A stretch of DNA of 64,000 nt from an uncultured Rivularia sp. (GCA_963665115.1 OY762007.1:3296001-3360000), one strand, 5' to 3'; positions 30,879 through 42,297 are shown, numbered from the stretch's first letter. Numbers and translations: made by a program. Notes: a model not told the origin generated them from the sequence alone.

Positions 30879-32357
30879 CTAAGATAACAAAACACTTAAG
30901 TCTAAATAGCGTTCTACATTTACAGCTAAAGAATCTAATAATTTTTCTCTTTGTTCGCGGTAGTTAGGAACACCTGTAGGTAGAGATTTCAAACCACGTT
31001 GCTGACGCAGACGATTTAACCAAGCGCGTCGCCAGGGACCGTTATCAAACATACCGTGAAGATAGGTACCCCATACGGATTGACACTTATCCACTAAACC
31101 TAAATTAACATCGTCAAATAAAGCCTCAAAACCTTGAGCGGCGGGACCTTGTGTTTCAATTCGCGAACGTCCTTGATGAATTTCAAAGCCGTGAACTGGT
31201 AAGCCTGCTTGAGGAAAATTAGAGGTTACTTGTCGCTGTCGAGCAATTTTTTGTCCTGTAATTACGCTTTTAACAGGTAGTAATCCCAAACCTCCAAATC
31301 TACCAGCCTGCCCTTCTATCCCCTCTGGATCGGCTATCATCTGACCTAAAATTTGAAACCCACCACAGATTCCTAATACCGTACCGCCAGCAGCAGCATA
31401 ATTTTGAATTTGTTCGGCCATTCCCGTTCTTTGCAGTAGCAATAAGTCAGGTATTGTCGTTTTTGTACCTGGGAGAATTACCGCATCTGGATGTCCTAAC
31501 TCATGCTTTGGACTTAGGTATTTAACTCCAACGCTAGGTTCTGATTCGAGAGGATCGAAATCAGTAAAATTGGCTATGCGCGGTAATTTAACTACTGAAA
31601 TATTTAGTTCGCCATTAAATTTACGGGGTTTTCTTTCCAGCAAATCGAGCGAATCTTCAGCAGGAAATACTTGTTCTAAGTAAGGGATAACTCCTACAAC
31701 CGGAATCCCAGTCCTTTCTTCCAACCATTTAATTCCCGGTTCCAATATCGAACGCTGTCCCCGGAATTTATTAATGACGATACCCTTTATCAAAGCTCTT
31801 TCGTCTGGCTCTAATAATTCTAAAGTACCTACGACGTGAGCGAATGCTCCACCACGTTCTATGTCAACTACTAATAGAGTCATAGCATTTAAATGCTTGG
31901 CAACTCTCATATTAGTTAAGTCGCGGTGTTTGAGATTGATTTCCGCAGGGCTGCCAGCACCTTCGCAAACTAATAAATCAAATTCCGTTCCTAAATTATG
32001 TAAGGATTCTTCAATAGCTCGCCATCCCAATTCAAAATATTGCTCGTAATAATCTGTAGCACTTACTTTTCCTACAGCCTTACCCTTAATAATTACTTGG
32101 GAAGTCATATCTCCTTGGGGTTTGAGCAGAACTGGGTTCATTTCTATCCAAGGTACTACTCCCGCAGCCCAAGCTTGTACTGCTTGTGCATAGCCAATTT
32201 CTCCACCATTGGCCGTAACATAAGCATTGTTCGCCATATTTTGACCTTTAAAGGGAGCCACTCGCCAACCGCGCCGTGATAATATACGACATATTGCAGC
32301 GCATAGAAGTGATTTTCCCGCGTGGGATGTTGTTCCCACTACCATAATTGATTTCAT
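30879..32357 (-). CDS. cobQ: Cobyric acid synthase
   Basis: GTTSHAGKS, PFKGQNM, EGAGSPAEINL, NFTDFDPL, GICGGFQILG, GTYLHG. Confidence 0.96.
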   Translation of the reverse strand: MKSIMVVGTTSHAGKSLLCAAICRILSRRGWRVAPFKGQNMANNAYVTANGGEIGYAQAVQAWAAGVVPWIEMNPVLLKPQGDMTSQVIIKGKAVGKVSATDYYEQYFELGWRAIEESLHNLGTEFDLLVCEGAGSPAEINLKHRDLTNMRVAKHLNAMTLLVVDIERGGAFAHVVGTLELLEPDERALIKGIVINKFRGQRSILEPGIKWLEERTGIPVVGVIPYLEQVFPAEDSLDLLERKPRKFNGELNISVVKLPRIANFTDFDPLESEPSVGVKYLSPKHELGHPDAVILPGTKTTIPDLLLLQRTGMAEQIQNYAAAGGTVLGICGGFQILGQMIADPEGIEGQAGRFGGLGLLPVKSVITGQKIARQRQVTSNFPQAGLPVHGFEIHQGRSRIETQGPAAQGFEALFDDVNLGLVDKCQSVWGTYLHGMFDNGPWRRAWLNRLRQQRGLKSLPTGVPNYREQREKLLDSLAVNVERYLDLSVLLS

Positions 32358-32607
32358 AATTAGCTATTATTTATTCTTTATCGGACTTATTGAGTTAAAA
32401 GATGAAGCCAGGGAAAATGCCATTGGCGACTTCGTGGTTGATAGCACCATTACTCCGCCGTAGAATCCCCGTGCTTATAAAGGTGGGTTTATGTTCCCGC
32501 TTATAAACACTTCATAAAGGGAGCATCAGCTTCAGTATTTATTGTTCCCTTATTAACCTTACTCCTAACTTTCCCGCACTTAATTCATTAAAAAATTTAA
32601 AATTGAT

Positions 32608-33012
32608 TCAAAAAGGTAATCTAAATACACGGGTTAATGCATTCAAAAGGCGATCGCCGAATGTTGGAGCAGCCCAAGCATTAAACTCGGAGCTTTCTAC
32701 GAGTTGACGACCTAAAGGAGTTAGTCTAAAGCTATCTGTAATCCCTTGCCCGTCAACTTCGCGTCGTAGCAAACCGACTTCAATCAACCATACTAAAGCG
32801 TTATCTGCTGCTAATTCAGATAAAGAACGTTTTGTATAGTTGTTTTTTAGACCGTTTGACTCAGAAATTTCACTCATAGCGACACGTTGTGAAAGCATCT
32901 GTTCAAATAAGCTTAACTTAAAAGGAGAACATCTCAACGCTCGGGAAGCTCGTTTTTGCGTAGAATAGCTATAGGTAAAACTTTTTTGAGTCTGTGATTT
33001 AACAGCAGCCAT
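32608..33012 (-). CDS. Conserved cyanobacterial protein (Npun_F0494-like family)
   Basis: RA.RALRCSPF, WLIEVGLLRREVDGQGITDSFRLTPLGRQL. Confidence 0.8.
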   Translation of the reverse strand: MAAVKSQTQKSFTYSYSTQKRASRALRCSPFKLSLFEQMLSQRVAMSEISESNGLKNNYTKRSLSELAADNALVWLIEVGLLRREVDGQGITDSFRLTPLGRQLVESSEFNAWAAPTFGDRLLNALTRVFRLPF

Positions 33013-33320
33013 TTTGGATATATTGATATTGCTTTAAGTTACTATTTTAATAGTAATATTTTTAAAATTTGCACAAAATTCTTTAATTAAAACTATATTA
33101 GGCGACTAGAGGATATGTTTTGTTGTAAGGTCATTCCTGTTCCGCTAAAAGATTACCTATAACAAAACCGCACATGGTAGTGAAGAGTGCAGAAAAGAAA
33201 TCTCTAAGAGTAATTTGTTAAGACATAGCGCGTATAGGAAAGTAAAGTCCCTTTTTGCCCCTAACTGTATTCTAGTGGTTAAATTTACACAACAAATACT
33301 CCTTCAAAGCTTGTTTTTCG

Positions 33321-33430
33321 GGAGCATTGCAAATTTTAAAGTTCGTAGTGCAAGCAAGATGCTCGCTCGATACATATAGCGAGCAAGATGCTCGCACTGC
33401 AATATATTTTTTAAAAATTGGAGTAGTTCC
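33321..33430. mobile_element. Degenerate MITE-like element overlapping the 3' end of 33411..35042
   Basis: Imperfect arms GGAGCATTGCAAATTTTAAA / TTTAAAAATTGGAGTAGTTCC; core GTAGTGCAAGC..GCTCGC..GCGAGCAAGATGCTCGCAC related to the core of 45310-45438. Confidence 0.45.
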
Positions 33431-35042
33431 TATTTTTATCTACAAGATATATATAATATTGCTCTTCAGCAACTATACTTTTGCTAAATTCACCTATGGG
33501 AGTAATATTTAATCGATCGCTTTTGATATTAAGTGGATAGCCTAAAATTAAAATATTTTCTCTCGAACCCTCTTTAATTACATCATTTATCTTATTAATT
33601 AATTGCGATTGATTTTTTACGAATTTGAGTTGAGGATTATTAAAAAAGCTTCCTAATTGGTCGTATGCGACATAATATATTTTTTTGTCTAAGTAAGCGG
33701 AAATTGGCGATACTATTGTATCCTTGTCACCAATAATAAACTTTTCACTCAATTGTTCTTTTTGAATAAACTCTGCTGCCACCTTACTTTTAGAAAACGG
33801 ATAAATTAAATCCATACTATAAGCATATAAACCCGACAGCATCTGAATTAATAAAATAGCTGTAATAATTTTTTTCTGCGATTTTTTAAAATAAGCACTA
33901 ATTTTTTGTAAATTTCTAGGAACATCATAGGCTTTATCTGAAAACTTACTAATCCATATGCAAGCTAAAAATAGGATAAACAAATTACCATGATGTCTTA
34001 AAGTTCCCTGCCATTTCAACCAGGTAAACAAAATTATTGTAAAATTACCGGATAAATAGAAAAACAGTACTATTGGCTTGTCAACAAATAAAATTATTGA
34101 GAAAATTAGCAGAAACAGAGAGGCAAATGAGACTAATAATTGCAGAAAACTAGAAATAGAAGCGAAATTTTGACTCCAGAAATGATATTCAAAAAAATTA
34201 GGTATTGGCATATAGCTGTACCAAATTGCTCTCAGACTATATCCCAAGCGTCTTAACATAGTTAATAGGAAGTCAAATTTAGATACAACTGTTTCTTCTC
34301 CTATTCCTCCTATATTGTCATTTATGTCTTTAGCAGTATCTTGTATCGCAAGTGGAGCTAATTGAAAAAATGATAAGCCTATACCTAAAAATAAAACGAT
34401 CAGACCTATTTTTAATTTTTTTATTTGTCTGCGATTTAACTGGGATTTGTCTATTCTATATATTCTAATCGTATCAATAATTAAAGTAGCGCTTGAGCAT
34501 AGACAAATTAGCAAACCGTAGACATTTGTATTTGCCAGAAGTGCTAAGCTTGAAAATAAAAGTATGTAATTTCTATTCTTACGAGTAAATAAATAGCAGA
34601 ATATAAAAACTAACAATAATGCTAAGCTATAATTTCTACTAATAAGATTATATTCAAAGAAAGGAAAATAGCTAAAAGTAAATAGGGATTTTTGTAAAAT
34701 ATTAAAAGGTGATAATTTAACAAAAATCCATACAATAGCAGTTGCAATAAGTATATGAAAAAACTGCATTGCAAAAGGATTGTGAGTAAATTTAGTAATT
34801 ATAAATAAACATAAGTGCCACAGTCCTGGATGCCCCTCAAATTTCAAATTCTCATATAAGTCAGTTAAAGTTGAAGAATCTCTTGCAATCAACCATGCTT
34901 GAGTTTCATCGCGCCACATCTCATGATTGAGGATGCCGACAAAACTAAGAACGAAGAACACTAAAACAAGACAGTTAGAGTAAGTAATATATTTTGATAA
35001 AAAGCCATTATCTTGATTAAGCCGTTTTTTAGTAGTTACCAT
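33411..35042 (-). CDS. Multi-TM membrane protein, GT-C (ArnT/PMT-like) glycosyltransferase candidate
   Basis: First loop HEMWRDETQAW..FEGHPGLW, SRNYSL, about 11-13 TM segments, soluble C-terminal domain. Confidence 0.65.
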   Translation of the reverse strand: MVTTKKRLNQDNGFLSKYITYSNCLVLVFFVLSFVGILNHEMWRDETQAWLIARDSSTLTDLYENLKFEGHPGLWHLCLFIITKFTHNPFAMQFFHILIATAIVWIFVKLSPFNILQKSLFTFSYFPFFEYNLISRNYSLALLLVFIFCYLFTRKNRNYILLFSSLALLANTNVYGLLICLCSSATLIIDTIRIYRIDKSQLNRRQIKKLKIGLIVLFLGIGLSFFQLAPLAIQDTAKDINDNIGGIGEETVVSKFDFLLTMLRRLGYSLRAIWYSYMPIPNFFEYHFWSQNFASISSFLQLLVSFASLFLLIFSIILFVDKPIVLFFYLSGNFTIILFTWLKWQGTLRHHGNLFILFLACIWISKFSDKAYDVPRNLQKISAYFKKSQKKIITAILLIQMLSGLYAYSMDLIYPFSKSKVAAEFIQKEQLSEKFIIGDKDTIVSPISAYLDKKIYYVAYDQLGSFFNNPQLKFVKNQSQLINKINDVIKEGSRENILILGYPLNIKSDRLNITPIGEFSKSIVAEEQYYIYLVDKNRNYSNF

Positions 35043-35065
35043 CGCCTGTTTAAACCGATTTTAGA

Positions 35066-35959
35066 TTAATTGTTTGTTTGATGAGTTCTTTCCCAGAAAA
35101 AGCCTGCGACACCGGCAAGTTGCGAAACAAATAATAATGCAGAGACTAATACCTTTGGCTGAACTGTTGGTTGCGATAGAGGATATTTTAATAAATTTAA
35201 ATAAAATGATATTGGCTCAACTTTAATTTCCGTATGAGCGCGTTTAGCACGTACTTGATGAAAACAGAAAGCACCACGTCCGTAAAAAAAGTGCTGTCGC
35301 CAATAGCTTGATAATGTCAAGTTATGAGCATGATATACCTGAACTTCTGGCGCGTAAACCATTTTGTTTCCATATTGCAGCCAGCGATCGCAAAATTCCC
35401 GATCTTCTGCTGCTGCCCGAGGATAAGTTGTATCAAAGCCTCCGATTTGATTAAAACGTTCTGTTGATATAGCAATATTATTGGAAGCAAAGAAGGTTGC
35501 TTTCTGGGGGTTAGCGTTGTAATAGCTGTAGAGATAGTTGATTAATTCTTGAGATGCAGTAGAAAAAGGATTATCAGAAAGTATGTTGATTGTTTTTCCT
35601 CCAATCAAACAATCTGCTGATGCTTCAAAGCAAGCAGCTATTTGATTTAACCAGTCTGGTGCGGGTTTACAGTCATCGTCGGTAAAAGCTAAAAAATCCC
35701 CTTTTGCTTGTTTCGCACCTGTATTACGAGCAGTTGCTGGGCCTTGATTTTCTTGTTTGAGCAGTATAATTTCTAAATAATTATTAAAACTTTCCACTAC
35801 TGGTTCAAGTGACATTTTACTACCATCATCAACTACTATCACTTCAAAGCGATCTGTAGGGTATTCTAATTGAGTCAAAGATTCAAGACAGTCTCTTAGT
35901 CTTTCGGGACGGTTATAGGTTGGAATAACGATGGAAATAAATGGTGTTTGCGGTTTCAT
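35066..35959 (-). CDS. GT2 glycosyltransferase
   Basis: Likely start MKPQTPFISIVIPTYNR; VVDDGS, GPATARN.G, FTDDD, GGFD..AAEDRE. Confidence 0.92.
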   Translation of the reverse strand: MKPQTPFISIVIPTYNRPERLRDCLESLTQLEYPTDRFEVIVVDDGSKMSLEPVVESFNNYLEIILLKQENQGPATARNTGAKQAKGDFLAFTDDDCKPAPDWLNQIAACFEASADCLIGGKTINILSDNPFSTASQELINYLYSYYNANPQKATFFASNNIAISTERFNQIGGFDTTYPRAAAEDREFCDRWLQYGNKMVYAPEVQVYHAHNLTLSSYWRQHFFYGRGAFCFHQVRAKRAHTEIKVEPISFYLNLLKYPLSQPTVQPKVLVSALLFVSQLAGVAGFFWERTHQTNN

Positions 35960-36103
35960 TGTCTTCAAAATACAAAATATAGAAGTATTTGATAACAGAA
36001 ATTTCAAAACTAAAATTATGAGCCAGTTTATAGAGTAGTTCCAATTTTAGTTGTCCTAATTGGTCAGCAATAAGTTGAATTACGAATCACTTATTAAATT
36101 AAT

Positions 36104-36967
36104 TTATGTCTCTTCAAAGGTATACCCTTCTAAAAAAGGAAATAGCTTGATTTTACTTTCAACTTTTTGGCGTAAAACCTTGTCCCATTCCACCTTATGT
36201 CTACTTTTACGCGGAGAATCAAAAACAATGCCCGAACAAGCTTCTAGATATTCCTGTGAGGCTTCCAAACTCAGCCAAGTACATAAATATCGTAATTGTT
36301 CAACAGGTTTTTGCACAAATGCTTCGTGATACAAGTCAAAAACTTCAGTTTGATTTACTCGTGTTTTAACGTCTTTCACTGCTTCGCAGACTCGGAAATA
36401 CCTTGCAATCGCTGCTTCTAGATCGGAAGCACTGAGATTAGTGTTACCTTCTGCCATCCGAATTGCCATTGTTGTAATGTTGTCAAAGGGGTTACGAATC
36501 ACATGAACAAAGCGAATCGGGACTTGTACCGTATTCCGCATTCGCTCTAGCAACCAAGGATCGGCAGCAAGACGGCAAACACTATCTTCTCCATGCTTAT
36601 CTCCAATCACACGGATATTTTGATAACTACCTTGCCACTGATTTGGAACATCGTATTTATAATTACCTCGACGTTGTTGAGAGTGTCCTTTTATCTGAGT
36701 GTTTTGCAGTAGTAAGTGGTAAAGTCTTAGTCGGTCATAACCTACATATATGTATTTCATAACTCCTTGCTCGTGTGCCATCACAACGTTAGGATGTGCA
36801 TCCAGCAAAGCAGCAATGAGACTGTGACCGCTACGAGAATAACCAATAAAAGTACAAAATGTTTCTATATTTTGAAATAAACTAGTTTGTTTGCGACTCT
36901 CTTGCGTAGTAGATAAGTAAGTCCACGCCAAATCCAAAGCCATCTGTAGTTTCTGTTGAGTTTTCAT
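36104..36967 (-). CDS. PAPS-dependent sulfotransferase family protein
   Basis: 5'-PSB loop IGYSRSGHSL..LLDAHP, GDK motif, 3'-PB HVIRNPFD, Y/HE.FV.KP. Confidence 0.85.
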   Translation of the reverse strand: MKTQQKLQMALDLAWTYLSTTQESRKQTSLFQNIETFCTFIGYSRSGHSLIAALLDAHPNVVMAHEQGVMKYIYVGYDRLRLYHLLLQNTQIKGHSQQRRGNYKYDVPNQWQGSYQNIRVIGDKHGEDSVCRLAADPWLLERMRNTVQVPIRFVHVIRNPFDNITTMAIRMAEGNTNLSASDLEAAIARYFRVCEAVKDVKTRVNQTEVFDLYHEAFVQKPVEQLRYLCTWLSLEASQEYLEACSGIVFDSPRKSRHKVEWDKVLRQKVESKIKLFPFLEGYTFEET

Positions 36968-37019
36968 CACAATAATTCGTTTATATTTATATTTGTATTT
37001 TTATAGTTCTTCTTTTCGT

Positions 37020-38570
37020 TTAATCTTTGCGTCCTAAGCGCAGTACCTGCAAGTTTTTCAATGACTCGCTTAATGCTTGTTGACCGCCAGGAAGAACAAT
37101 CCAAATTAGAATATAGGCAAGTGCAAAAATAGTTAATCCTCCCAATAACTCTAGGAAAACGTTCTCCCTACCGTGTAAAATTGGACGGCTAACGAACAAA
37201 ATCGCGGCGGCTACCAAAGAAGCAAATGCAGGCCGCCAGACAACTCCCCAGAAATCTTTTACAGATAGAGGTAGCGTTTTCAAACAAAAGGCAATCGAAG
37301 GATAAGTAATCAAGCAAGTACCTAAAGTAAAGCCCATAGCTACACCGTAAGCTTTCCATTTAGCACCTATCGCAACAGCCAATATCATAACCGGGGTAGA
37401 AATCAAACCCCACCGGAATTGACGTTGAGTTTGACCTCCGGACAAATAAAGCCACTTTGTAACTCGGTTCATACTGCCTACAAAAACAGCGATCGCTAAT
37501 AGTTGAAACAGAGGTACTGCATCTAGCCATTGATTTCCCAATAAAACTAGAATTACATTGCGGGCTTCGACAAAGGAAAACGCAAGTGCTGGCATACACA
37601 AGGCAAACAGTGGCAACATTGCTTTTTTACAGTAAGCGCGGTACATATTTGGGTCTTTTTGGGCACGGCTCAAGCTAGATACAGCTACATCAAAAAGAGG
37701 AATATAAACTTTATCAAAGGGGAAATAAGCCCAACGTTGAGCAACAGAATAAAGACCAAGGGATGCTGCACCGCTGAAGTAACCAATTAAAATTTGGTCG
37801 AGTTGCGTACCCACACGATTAATAAAACGAAATCCCGTCAAATGTACGCCGTAGGAAATCATTGAACGCAGGTTAGTATCTAGATTAGAATTTATGACAT
37901 ATTTAGCAGGTCGCCAACCGCAAACTAACCAAAAAGATACACTTTGAGTAAGCTGCATTACAACTACCTGAAGTACTAATGCCCAGTAACCTGCACGAAA
38001 AAAAGCTGCTGTAATTGCTACCGTTGCTCCTGCAAAAATTGCCCCCATCTCAATTAGAGTAAGTGCGCCAAAGCGCATCTGTCGCTTCAGCAAAGATTCA
38101 TGCTGGACTGCTAAACATAAACCAAGAATTCCAACAGCCATAGCCACTGTAATTCCTATGACGCGCAATTCACTATAAAACCAAGCTAAAACAGGAGCCA
38201 TCAGCAGCATAAATGTTACTACCACAGCGTTGATTTTTAGTGACAACCAAAAAAGAGCGCTGACTTGCTCATGCTCTAAGCCTTCTTGTTGAATTAATGC
38301 TGTTTCCAATCCAAAGTTTCTTAAACTATTAATTATCACAATCAACGGCGTTACCATTGCCAGCAGACCAAAATCAGCAGGGTTAAGTAAGCGGGCTAAC
38401 ACAACGGTAGAGCCGATACCGATGGTAAGTTTAATGGGTTGAGCAGCAAACGTGATAAAACCAGACTGTAATGCTCGCTTTTTTAAATCGTTACTAAGAG
38501 AATTAGTATCAATATACTTATTAGGATTAGAATTCACATTGTGATTATTTGAGGAAGGGTCGCGGCTCAT
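37020..38570 (-). CDS. Wzx-type oligosaccharide flippase (PST family)
   Basis: LARLLNPADFGL, GLETALIQ, LGLYSVA, LLGNQWLDAVP; 12 or more TM helices. Confidence 0.9.
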   Translation of the reverse strand: MSRDPSSNNHNVNSNPNKYIDTNSLSNDLKKRALQSGFITFAAQPIKLTIGIGSTVVLARLLNPADFGLLAMVTPLIVIINSLRNFGLETALIQQEGLEHEQVSALFWLSLKINAVVVTFMLLMAPVLAWFYSELRVIGITVAMAVGILGLCLAVQHESLLKRQMRFGALTLIEMGAIFAGATVAITAAFFRAGYWALVLQVVVMQLTQSVSFWLVCGWRPAKYVINSNLDTNLRSMISYGVHLTGFRFINRVGTQLDQILIGYFSGAASLGLYSVAQRWAYFPFDKVYIPLFDVAVSSLSRAQKDPNMYRAYCKKAMLPLFALCMPALAFSFVEARNVILVLLGNQWLDAVPLFQLLAIAVFVGSMNRVTKWLYLSGGQTQRQFRWGLISTPVMILAVAIGAKWKAYGVAMGFTLGTCLITYPSIAFCLKTLPLSVKDFWGVVWRPAFASLVAAAILFVSRPILHGRENVFLELLGGLTIFALAYILIWIVLPGGQQALSESLKNLQVLRLGRKD

Positions 38571-38915
38571 AGATAATGGTTTGTGGTTAATAAAAAGAGA
38601 TAAAATTATTTATGGTTCGAGTTTGCTTATGTAGGAAAATTAATTGTGTTTCGACCCTCGATAATAGTTTGGACAATCACTTGTAATCAAATGCAAATAA
38701 GCAGAGGTTCTTCACGAAATTATTGAGTTTGATTTTATTTTAATATTTTCAACCAATCTAACTTTTAATTTTTTGATTTCGTTTAAATCTTAGAAAGTAT
38801 AGACTTTGACTCAAAATATCAAAATATGAATGAAACTTTTATATGATTTTTCAACTGAGAAAAAGTACAGAGTCAACATCTTAATTCGCCACTGTATCTA
38901 TAAAAAAATTGTGTT

Positions 38916-39785
38916 TTAAGAAAAAACTTTTTTCATCGGTGAAGCAATGCGAGCAAGAGTATGTAATGGATGGACTCGTAATGCCCAAGCCACGCTTTTA
39001 AAAGCTGCCTGTTTTTGCCCTAGCTTATATGAGGTAAGAGCATGATTATAAATAAAATCGGAGAACATTTTCGGGTGAGCAAGGAAAAGAGTTTTATGCT
39101 TATGTATTAAACGGTGAAAGTCAGGTTGACGGAGAACGGGGTTTTGAGAAAGCCGCGCACCCGAGTGCTTAAGCTGGCGGTAAGTAACGATTGGTAAACC
39201 AATAATTGAGCAGACTGCGTTTAGTCGGAAAAACATTTCTGTGTGTTCGCGGGAGCCAAACGACTCGTCATATCCTCCAATCTCTAAAAGTAGTTGACGC
39301 TCGACCACTAAAGTTTGTTTAGAAAAAAATGATTGTCCGGGTTCAATTTCTTCCAGGTGAAAGTTGCAGCCTCGCCGCAAAGTAGGAGGTAAATGGGTTG
39401 CAAGCTTTTTACCATCGCTACTAACCATTTCTAGCCCAGAAATTACTGCTACAGGTGGGGGTAGTTTTGTTTCTTTAAGTGCATTGAGTGATAATTTTGC
39501 CATATCGGGTAGCAACCAATCGTCATCATCAAGGAATGTAAGCCAGCGTCCTCTCGCTGCCTTAGCTCCGGCATTACGAGTGGCAGAAATACCTTTATGT
39601 TCTGGCAACCTAACTATTTTAAGTTGAGGATGTTCTGGTAAATCTATTGTTTCTGTGGAAGCATCATCAACCACAATTACCTCAAAATCACTCATTGTCT
39701 GAGCTAAAGCACTTTTTACCGCACCCTGTAAAAGTAGAGGACGATTATAAGTAGGAATAATAATACTTAGTAGTGGCTCGTTCAT
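38916..39785 (-). CDS. GT2 glycosyltransferase
   Basis: SIIIPTYNR, VVDDAS, RN.G, FLDDDD, GGYDE. Confidence 0.92.
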   Translation of the reverse strand: MNEPLLSIIIPTYNRPLLLQGAVKSALAQTMSDFEVIVVDDASTETIDLPEHPQLKIVRLPEHKGISATRNAGAKAARGRWLTFLDDDDWLLPDMAKLSLNALKETKLPPPVAVISGLEMVSSDGKKLATHLPPTLRRGCNFHLEEIEPGQSFFSKQTLVVERQLLLEIGGYDESFGSREHTEMFFRLNAVCSIIGLPIVTYRQLKHSGARLSQNPVLRQPDFHRLIHKHKTLFLAHPKMFSDFIYNHALTSYKLGQKQAAFKSVAWALRVHPLHTLARIASPMKKVFS

Positions 39786-39808
39786 ATTTGCTAATTGGCA
39801 TTGATATT

Positions 39809-41030
39809 TTAATTGTTAGCCTCAATTTTTCGAGCAATTTCTAAACCTTGTTTAGTTAGCTTCAGATTTTGATAAATTTCCATAAACCTTTCTACAAAGG
39901 CTGTTTCACTGAAATGCATCTGGGCACGCAAACGCCCTTCTTGACCCATTTTTTCTGCTAAATCGCGGTTGCTTAAAAGTTCCACCAATCTATTAGCTAA
40001 AGGTTCTACTTCCCCTGGTGGAACTGAAAATCCGGTTTTTCCATCTAAAACTATTTCCCCCAAACCACCTGAAGAAGAAGCTATTACCGCAGTACCGCGC
40101 ATCATTGCTTCTGCGGCCACGATTCCAAAAGGTTCTGCCCACCGGGAGGGAACAACCTGTACCCATGCTGAAGAAAATTGTTTTTCCATCTGGTCGCGAG
40201 AAAGATGACCGAGGAATTTTACCCGTTCGTTTAGCCCTAATTCATCAGTTAAGGAAAGCAAGTATTTATCTTCGTTACCTTTACCTGCTATCAATAGGTG
40301 CGCTTGCGGAATCTGCTTTTGCACCTCAGCAAATGCTTTTAATAGTATATCTACGCCTTTAAACCGAGCCAATTGTCCTGCATAGGCTACTGTAGGTAAC
40401 GAAGTTAAAGGTGGACGCGAAGGACTTTGAGGAACTCCGTTCCATACCACGGTATCTGATTCAATTCCTTCAGCTTTTAAGCGCTCCTGGACTGAAAAGC
40501 TGTTGGACACAACCACATCAAATACATCTCTCCATTTATCCCACAATTTCATTTGCAGCATTAGCGGTAGCCAATCATGAATTGGTAAACAACCTTGCTG
40601 CAAACAAGCTAAACCCGTTGGGTATTCGCAGCTTGTTTTATCTGGTAACATTTTTGTTCCAATCGGACAAATTGGACGGTACCAAGCAACATGAAAAATG
40701 CTTGGTATATTCCGTAGTAGTGGCAATATTAAAGGAGATAGTTGTGTCAGACATACGCGAACGTGGACTATATCCGGTTGCCATTCTTGAATAACTTGAT
40801 GCAACTTACGAGCGGCCCCAAGGATTCGCAGATTGCAATAAAGTACGAAAACTAGAAGTAGTACCGAAGCATTCATAGTCAGCAATACTTTGGGTTTCTC
40901 CTTTACGAGCAGAAGTAGAAAATAGACGCGCATCATACCTGCGTGCGGTTAAACCTTTTTTCAAGGCCAACATCATCATCTCCGCTCCACCCGTTAAGGT
41001 CGCATAATCATTAACGAGCAAAATTTTCAT
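39809..41030 (-). CDS. GT4 glycosyltransferase with a +1 frameshift at about 40816-40819
   Basis: N-terminal MKILLVND...GGAE (40806..41030) joins AARKLHQV..PDIVH..KGVDILL..PSRWAEPFGIVAAEAM; span is 1222 nt = 407 codons + 1. Confidence 0.88.
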
Positions 41031-42093
41031 TTTTTATCTCTGTAGTAGCGCTTGCACCACGATTTTGCCATAGAGATTCGGGGGAGGTCGAATCATTATT
41101 TAATCGAGTATCTCTGGCATAACGAGCAGTAAGATAGCGATTTAATAATTTTTCTACTGGTGCAAATAAACCGTACAGCAGCACTTTCTGTATAAACTCG
41201 TTTTGAATCCCAAAAGTTAAAATATTAACAATAGGCATCAAGATTGTATTTCTACGTCTCCAACCCAAAGCTTTATATTTGTGCTGAAAATATCCATCTT
41301 CAGCTAGATTCCATTTCTCGCGCAGCTTTGCCAAACTCTTCAATTCCCAAGCATCGCTCCAGCGCAACATATAATAATGTAGGTCGCTGAATCTCACGGG
41401 AGATGTGGGAACATATGTTACCACACTTGTAGGTTCAAAGTAGACAGTATATCCAGATTGGGCAACGTTCATACAAAAGTCCACATGTTCTTTTGTATTC
41501 AGCATTTGTTCGTCAAGCATTCCTAAGTGTTGGAACATTTCTGTCCGAACCAACATACAGTGAAACTCGCAAAGCTCGGTTTCTGTACGCTCTAATTTGA
41601 CTCGTGGGTCTGTAACTTGTTTTCCTTGCTTATACATTTTCTCACGTAAGCGTCGCCGACCTTTAGCATCGACAACAATATGTGACTCCCCACCAGCAAA
41701 GTGGATTTCTTCATGTATTGGCAAATATTGACACATTAAAGGGCCAACAACCGTAGCTTCCGTTTCTTCGGAACAATCAATCAAAGCTTTGAGCCATCCA
41801 GAAGCAGGAATAATATCGTTATCGACAAAAGCGACATATTTGGTATCTACTTCTGCTAAACCAATATTTCTAGCGTGGTTGGGAATTAAGTAATAGTCTG
41901 TACGAATCAGCTTAAAACCTTTTTCTTGCGCTTGATTTTGCAAATACTCGCTTATATCTTTCGGAGAATTCCCATCTATATATATTAATTTGAATGGAAC
42001 TTGAGTATTTTCATAAATACTTTCTAACGACTCGCGAGTATAGCTAAAACGTTCGCGAGGGGAAACAATAATTGTTACTTGAGGTTCGTTCAT
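41011..42093 (-). CDS. GT2 glycosyltransferase
   Basis: TIIVSPRERF, IDGNS, ARNIGL, FVDND, EFHCML, EHVDFC. Confidence 0.88.
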   Translation of the reverse strand: MNEPQVTIIVSPRERFSYTRESLESIYENTQVPFKLIYIDGNSPKDISEYLQNQAQEKGFKLIRTDYYLIPNHARNIGLAEVDTKYVAFVDNDIIPASGWLKALIDCSEETEATVVGPLMCQYLPIHEEIHFAGGESHIVVDAKGRRRLREKMYKQGKQVTDPRVKLERTETELCEFHCMLVRTEMFQHLGMLDEQMLNTKEHVDFCMNVAQSGYTVYFEPTSVVTYVPTSPVRFSDLHYYMLRWSDAWELKSLAKLREKWNLAEDGYFQHKYKALGWRRRNTILMPIVNILTFGIQNEFIQKVLLYGLFAPVEKLLNRYLTARYARDTRLNNDSTSPESLWQNRGASATTEIKNENFAR

Positions 42094-42297
42094 AGCTGAT
42101 GAAATTTCAAAAATAAGGCTTGAATAAATTGACTAATAGGGAACAGAAGAAGACGATGTTAGTTATTATTGCTAGCTTTTTAACGTAAACAGGACTTACG
42201 GTATTGTCACAAATGGTTGATGGTGCGTGACGCTACAAACCTTATTGCTGTCAGGACAGAAAATATAAGCGTACACTTTCTGTTCCCTGTTCCTTCC

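Noticed and set aside
32358..32607. Cobalamin riboswitch upstream of cobQ
   Set aside because: No B12-box or GGGAA..CCCG core on the minus strand; only a short IS-end-like fragment.
39809..41030. Programmed frameshifting or two separate genes in the GT4
   Set aside because: No slippery heptamer or stimulatory structure seen; the halves form one GT-B fold and a single-base deletion restores it.
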